A stretch of 32,041 nucleotides of DNA from a virus (Duplodnaviria; Caudoviricetes): IMG/VR virus record IMGVR_UViG_3300025608_000060, positions 1 to 32,041 of that record. One strand, written 5' to 3'. The notes below the pieces were generated by a model. The model did no database searches, had not been told where the DNA came from, and saw nothing but the letters and a program-made list of their open reading frames with translations. Shown piece after piece: positions 28,000 through 32,041 of the stretch (position 1 is its first letter; each line of letters starts with the position of its first letter). The position numbers and the translations under genes were made by a program.

Positions 28000-28428
28000 T
28001 TATCCCTGTACTGTAAATGTTAATGTTTCTAAATTGATATCATCACCAATTCTAAAATCAATTGAAACATTTAATTGGTTATTATCTTTCAACTCATCGG
28101 TTGTTTCAATATCAATTTGTTCTGCTGTAACGTATGGTAGCCATTGTTCTAAACTTTCATTAATAGTATCCTCAAGTCTACCTTCCAAATCATCAACATT
28201 TGGTTCGAATAACAATGATTGTAATCCACTACCAAATTCTGGTTGTAATATTCGTTCACCTCTTTTTGTTAAAAGTAAGTTTTTAATATTAGATTTAACT
28301 TGGTCTTTTGTGAGATAAGATTGCTCGAAAGTATTCTCACCAAACGTTAATGGTAAGGTGATACCAATTGCGTAGTTTGCAAAATCTTTGGTATCTTTTA
28401 CAATCTTTCTTCCTAACTCAACTGCCAT
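28000..28428 (-). CDS. Baseplate gp25 / GPW family protein (sheath initiator)
   Basis: NIKNLLLTKRGERILQPEFGSGL...LFEP...WLPYV. Confidence 0.92.
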   Translation of the reverse strand: MAVELGRKIVKDTKDFANYAIGITLPLTFGENTFEQSYLTKDQVKSNIKNLLLTKRGERILQPEFGSGLQSLLFEPNVDDLEGRLEDTINESLEQWLPYVTAEQIDIETTDELKDNNQLNVSIDFRIGDDINLETLTFTVQG

Positions 28429-28436
28429 AATCTATA

Positions 28437-29009
28437 TTACATTCCCGGTCTATAAGGACCTTTCTTCTTATCTAATGCTTTCATCAATCCACTATAATCT
28501 CTATTCAATGCTTTATCAATAGATGGATTACCTGTTTGTACTCCTAATCCTTGTCTTTGACCTGGTTGAACCATATCACCATATCCCATTTTTTGTGCTA
28601 TATTTCCAGCACCCAATGTATGAGTTGAGTTTGAATCAAAATGCATAGTTCCATTTGATACCTCAGTTGGTGCACCAGCATAAGATGGTGTTGGTGTGTT
28701 TTGAGAACCATTAAATGGTTGAGTTTGTTGTAGTATTTCGTTTAACACCGGATTCTTACTCAACTTTCTTTGTGTTTGTTGAGTTTGATGTTGGGTTGGC
28801 TGATGTACTACACTTTCCATAACAGTCTCATCCATAAATGTTGGTTGTTGAGGCTTTTGTGGTTTAAGAGCTTCTCTCAATTGTTTGTTTTCTTTCAACA
28901 ACTTAGCCATCTCTCTTTTCACACCTTCTTTAACCAATTTAGGAAGAGCTTCTTTAATTTCTTCTTTAACAATAATTTGTATTGCTTTGACTAATTTATC
29001 AGTATTCAT
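28437..29009 (-). CDS. Hypothetical protein (N-terminal helix, Gln/Pro-rich linker)
   Basis: 190-aa ORF preceded by ATATTTATA. Confidence 0.75.
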   Translation of the reverse strand: MNTDKLVKAIQIIVKEEIKEALPKLVKEGVKREMAKLLKENKQLREALKPQKPQQPTFMDETVMESVVHQPTQHQTQQTQRKLSKNPVLNEILQQTQPFNGSQNTPTPSYAGAPTEVSNGTMHFDSNSTHTLGAGNIAQKMGYGDMVQPGQRQGLGVQTGNPSIDKALNRDYSGLMKALDKKKGPYRPGM

Positions 29010-29032
29010 TATATAAAATGTTTTCCTTTCTA

Positions 29033-29041
29033 TATAAATAT
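29033..29041 (-). promoter_or_regulatory. Putative late promoter motif ATATTTATA
   Basis: Exact nonamer about 24 nt upstream of the ATG at 29009. Confidence 0.65.
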
Positions 29042-29063
29042 TTGTTTTGGGTTTTTTCGTTTT

Positions 29064-29906
29064 TTATTCACACTTAGTACCACCCATCTGAATTTGTTGT
29101 TTAAAATCTTCCACAATCTTATCAATTTCCAATGCATTATCCACATCCGATGGTATGGAAACACTTATCACATTTTCTAATGAAGTATTACCATCTAACT
29201 CATCAACTATTTCATTACCTTGTCCAATGTTATCACCACCATTTTCATCGGATATATTAATATCCGTATCAGGTTGTTCGATTCCCGGCGGTTCACTACC
29301 ATCTTCCGATGGGAAGTTGATATTTGGAATTGGTATAGCAGGTGGTACTAAATAACCAGTCCATGGAATAACACCTGGGGCTGGTATTGGTGATGGTGCT
29401 GATGGGTATAATGATGTTGTTTGTATAAAACCACCAATTGAAAATAAATGTATCAATGCCGCAAGTATAAACATATCTACCATCGTTTCCTGCTTCCTTA
29501 CTGGTCTTAGTGGTGGATATATCGGCCATGTTCCCACATTAACCACAACATTTGAATTTACTGAGATGTTTTGTATTGAACCTGGTGCTGGTATTAATGG
29601 AATTGGGAATGGTTTCATTTGAGCTCCCGCCCAATATGCCTTTACACCATTTCCGAATTCGTTTACTAATGAAAAGTTTTGACCCGGTGGAGTTGTAAAT
29701 CCTTTTAATAATGCAACCTTAAATAAGGTTTCCATTATTGCCTTATTACCACTTTGTATTGATTCAAAGTTTATAAAATCCTTACCTCTTTTTACAGCAG
29801 CATCATATTCATCAGCCCAAATCTTAGCAACCTGATTTATATTGTTGTTGTTAAACTTAGGATTAGTTTTTCGGATTATATTTGCTTTGAATAAACTCCA
29901 AGACAT
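29064..29906 (-). CDS. Hypothetical Pro-rich spike-adjacent protein with acidic C-terminus
   Basis: 280-aa ORF coupled by TAATG to the spike gene. Confidence 0.75.
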   Translation of the reverse strand: MSWSLFKANIIRKTNPKFNNNNINQVAKIWADEYDAAVKRGKDFINFESIQSGNKAIMETLFKVALLKGFTTPPGQNFSLVNEFGNGVKAYWAGAQMKPFPIPLIPAPGSIQNISVNSNVVVNVGTWPIYPPLRPVRKQETMVDMFILAALIHLFSIGGFIQTTSLYPSAPSPIPAPGVIPWTGYLVPPAIPIPNINFPSEDGSEPPGIEQPDTDINISDENGGDNIGQGNEIVDELDGNTSLENVISVSIPSDVDNALEIDKIVEDFKQQIQMGGTKCE

Positions 29907-31144
29907 TATGATGTTTTGTTTAGATTACTCAACATTGTTTTTAATTGAGATTTCACTTTACTAAATGATGCTACATTTATTGGTATCGATGATGTACCAG
30001 CTGCCGTTGCTACTGTCATAGCTTCGATTGCTGTAATCAGCTCAGTCATTAGTTGTACTAATGTTTCACCTTTTACTAATGATTCTAAGTTTGTATTACC
30101 TAAGTTTATATTACCATTACCACTATTGATATTCACATTTCTATCGTTAGTTGTTATATTGATATCATCATTTACGTTCATCCGAATACCAAACTTATTA
30201 TCAATAGATAATTCACCATCTGAAATAAATCCGTAGTTTCCTTTAGAATAGAAAATCATTTCGGATGTTTTTGCAGAGAATATCAATCTATCCGAATTTA
30301 ATAGTATTTGATTTCCCTTCAAATCATTTGGATAATCCTTAAATGATAGAGGAGTCGTTTCAAACTCAGTTTTGCCTTTATCATCAACAGTACCAGGTTG
30401 AAATGGTAGTTGATATTGGTTAGACCCCAATAGAATAATATTACCATCTCTATTGATATCCTCTTCGGTTGATATACCATTACCAGCATTTAATGTTTGT
30501 GGATTTTCCCCATTTCGTAATATAAGTGTTGGTGAAAATGAGTTTTCAGTATTATTATATCCGCTAAATCTAATTGATGAACCAAATCTACTTTCTATTA
30601 AAGTATCACCCTCATATAACCTAAGATAATTAAGATTCGAATTTACATCAAAGTAATCACCATACCCATCATAATCAGCGGAATCATCGGATGTACTTCT
30701 GGGTATATTGGTTGTCTGTACATTTGAGTAATCCTTAGATGTGTTTTGTGTAGATGAGTCTTTAGAAACCGATTTTCGTATCGTATCACCAACATTGTTA
30801 ACATTTGGTAATTGTGATTTTATGATTCTCTCATAATAATACCCACCACCCTTTGCATTTATTATTCTAACAAATTCATTTTTAGTTGGCAAAGATATAT
30901 AGTTTTGTTTATATGGAAGTGCGAATGATAACTCATCATCTGATTTACTGGCTGCTCGATTACTCCTAAATTGAATAGCCCCTATATATAATGGCTTTAA
31001 ATCATCTGCTATTTCAAGTATATCTAATTTCTCATCATCAACATCCAATACCACATGATAAACAATACCCATATTGGATTTATCAATTTGAGGTGATTGG
31101 TTTGATTGGTTTGATTGTACATTAAGATTCCTATCTCCGAACAT
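29906..31144 (-). CDS. Baseplate central spike (T4 gp5 / P2 gpV-like)
   Basis: N-terminal OB-fold-like segment (LPTKNEFVRII), GDTLIESRFGSSIRF, beta-helix-like short strands, NINLG...LVKGETL C-terminus; upstream of gp25. Confidence 0.7.
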   Translation of the reverse strand: MFGDRNLNVQSNQSNQSPQIDKSNMGIVYHVVLDVDDEKLDILEIADDLKPLYIGAIQFRSNRAASKSDDELSFALPYKQNYISLPTKNEFVRIINAKGGGYYYERIIKSQLPNVNNVGDTIRKSVSKDSSTQNTSKDYSNVQTTNIPRSTSDDSADYDGYGDYFDVNSNLNYLRLYEGDTLIESRFGSSIRFSGYNNTENSFSPTLILRNGENPQTLNAGNGISTEEDINRDGNIILLGSNQYQLPFQPGTVDDKGKTEFETTPLSFKDYPNDLKGNQILLNSDRLIFSAKTSEMIFYSKGNYGFISDGELSIDNKFGIRMNVNDDINITTNDRNVNINSGNGNINLGNTNLESLVKGETLVQLMTELITAIEAMTVATAAGTSSIPINVASFSKVKSQLKTMLSNLNKTS

Positions 31145-31540
31145 TTAATTTTCTAATTTTTTCTTAACTTCTTCGATTTCGTTTTCCATATTATCAACAC
31201 GTTCAATTTCATCTTGAACTTGTTCTATCTCTGCTAAGAGCTGTTCTCTCTCAGCATCACTAAGGAAACCAGCTTCTCCCTCACTCTTAGTTCCAGCAAC
31301 CATAATTCGTTGTGCAATTGTAGCAAGTTTAAGTAGAGATTCATCATTACGAACGGATGTATCAATTAAATCTTTGATAAGTGGACCAATATATCTCATA
31401 TCATTTGGATTCCTAACTAACTTTCGTAGTTCAGCAATCACTTCGGAGATGTGTCTTTTCTTATTTATTTGATTATTATAGATATCCTCAAATAATCCAC
31501 TTAGATTTTTACCGGGAAATAATTCGAAATCTTCCGTCAT
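31145..31540 (-). CDS. Hypothetical helical / coiled-coil protein
   Basis: Track start at 31552 is a TTG; the ATG at 31540 (MTEDFELF) is the more likely start. Confidence 0.75.
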   Translation of the reverse strand: MTEDFELFPGKNLSGLFEDIYNNQINKKRHISEVIAELRKLVRNPNDMRYIGPLIKDLIDTSVRNDESLLKLATIAQRIMVAGTKSEGEAGFLSDAEREQLLAEIEQVQDEIERVDNMENEIEEVKKKLEN

Positions 31541-31565
31541 AACGTTTATCAATATTAGTTCAATA

Positions 31566-31574
31566 TATAAATAT
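31566..31574 (-). promoter_or_regulatory. Putative late promoter motif ATATTTATA
   Basis: Exact nonamer about 26 nt upstream of the ATG at 31540. Confidence 0.65.
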
Positions 31575-31594
31575 CAATAAACTAAAAAGTGATT

Positions 31595-31993
31595 TTAATC
31601 TAATGCATCCTCAATTGCCTTCTTCATTGCAACTGAGAATTCCGTTTGTTCGAATGGTAGATTTTCATCCTGCAATTGCATTAGAGTTGCAGATACATTC
31701 ATCTTCGCTGAACCCTCACCAATTGATTCAACTCCATCTTTCACAACTTTAACAGTTACCAAAGTTTTCTTTTGTTTGAATTTAAAGGGCCCTATTTGGA
31801 TTCCTTTGGTTGGTGCTTTGATTGATTGGACTGTAACATAGATAGGTGAACCATCATCACATAGAGGAGCTTGTTGTCCTACAATATCCTCAGTTACTTG
31901 TCTTACGCCAAATGTGAATTTTTCTTCAGGGATTCCTTTTAGAGATGCAAGTGAGATTACACTTGCTACGAAATAGCATACTATTGTGTTCAT
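31595..31993 (-). CDS. Hypothetical protein with hydrophobic N-terminus, possibly exported (weak CsgG/LptE-like alpha-beta pattern)
   Basis: MNTIVCYFVASVISLAS; helix, beta strands, then C-terminal helix FSVAMKKAIEDAL. Confidence 0.5.
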   Translation of the reverse strand: MNTIVCYFVASVISLASLKGIPEEKFTFGVRQVTEDIVGQQAPLCDDGSPIYVTVQSIKAPTKGIQIGPFKFKQKKTLVTVKVVKDGVESIGEGSAKMNVSATLMQLQDENLPFEQTEFSVAMKKAIEDALD

Positions 31994-32041
31994 AATTATT
32001 GTATTTTAAATAGATTAGTTATTGTTGTTTTGTGTTTACCA

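Noticed and set aside
9892-29529. Short plus-strand and alternative-frame ORFs nested in long genes (e.g. 9892-10275, 26909-27265, 27932-28318)
   Set aside because: They overlap well-supported genes and show no recognisable motifs.
31094-31117. Short 9-bp tandem repeat encoding QSNQSNQS
   Set aside because: In-frame low-complexity N-terminal linker with no sign of phase variation.
25960-31144. Bacterial contractile injection system (eCIS/T6SS) interpretation
   Set aside because: Co-oriented primase, gp46/47-like nuclease, GIY-YIG gene and a phage-type promoter motif fit a phage genome better.
1-32041. Stop-codon reassignment as a reason for the apparent 8-kb gene desert
   Set aside because: Genes are intact and densely packed under the standard code, TAG ends the ugd-like gene, and the gap is explained by an ORF running off the edge.
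1-32041. CRISPR array, tRNA, rRNA, introns or inteins
   Set aside because: Intergenic gaps are all under 100 bp, and no repeat-spacer, cloverleaf or intein motifs were recognised by eye.

Overview
AT-rich window from a large lytic contractile-tailed (myovirus-type) phage, most likely infecting Bacteroidota. Nearly all genes are on the minus strand. Right to left: a baseplate/tail module (gp5-like spike, gp25, gp6/J wedge, DNRLRE-like protein, PEGA-like protein, gp7/P2-gpI-like wedge with LamG-like domain, three tail-collar-like proteins), then a GIY-YIG nuclease and an embedded operon of DNA primase, a single-chain SbcD-SbcC (Mre11-Rad50) fusion and a short UDP-glucose dehydrogenase. The ORF track misses two genes: a giant (>2695 aa) internally duplicated tail-fibre/adhesin ORF running off the left edge (1-8086, minus) and a 56-aa ribbon-helix-helix-like gene (8181-8351, plus) preceded by three CTAAAGA repeats at an exact 10-bp period. 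Two promoter classes are visible: Bacteroidota-type TTTG-N20-TATATT(T/A)G ahead of the DNA-metabolism genes, and an invariant ATATTTATA nonamer ahead of seven mostly structural genes. All product calls come from motif recognition by eye; no searches were run.
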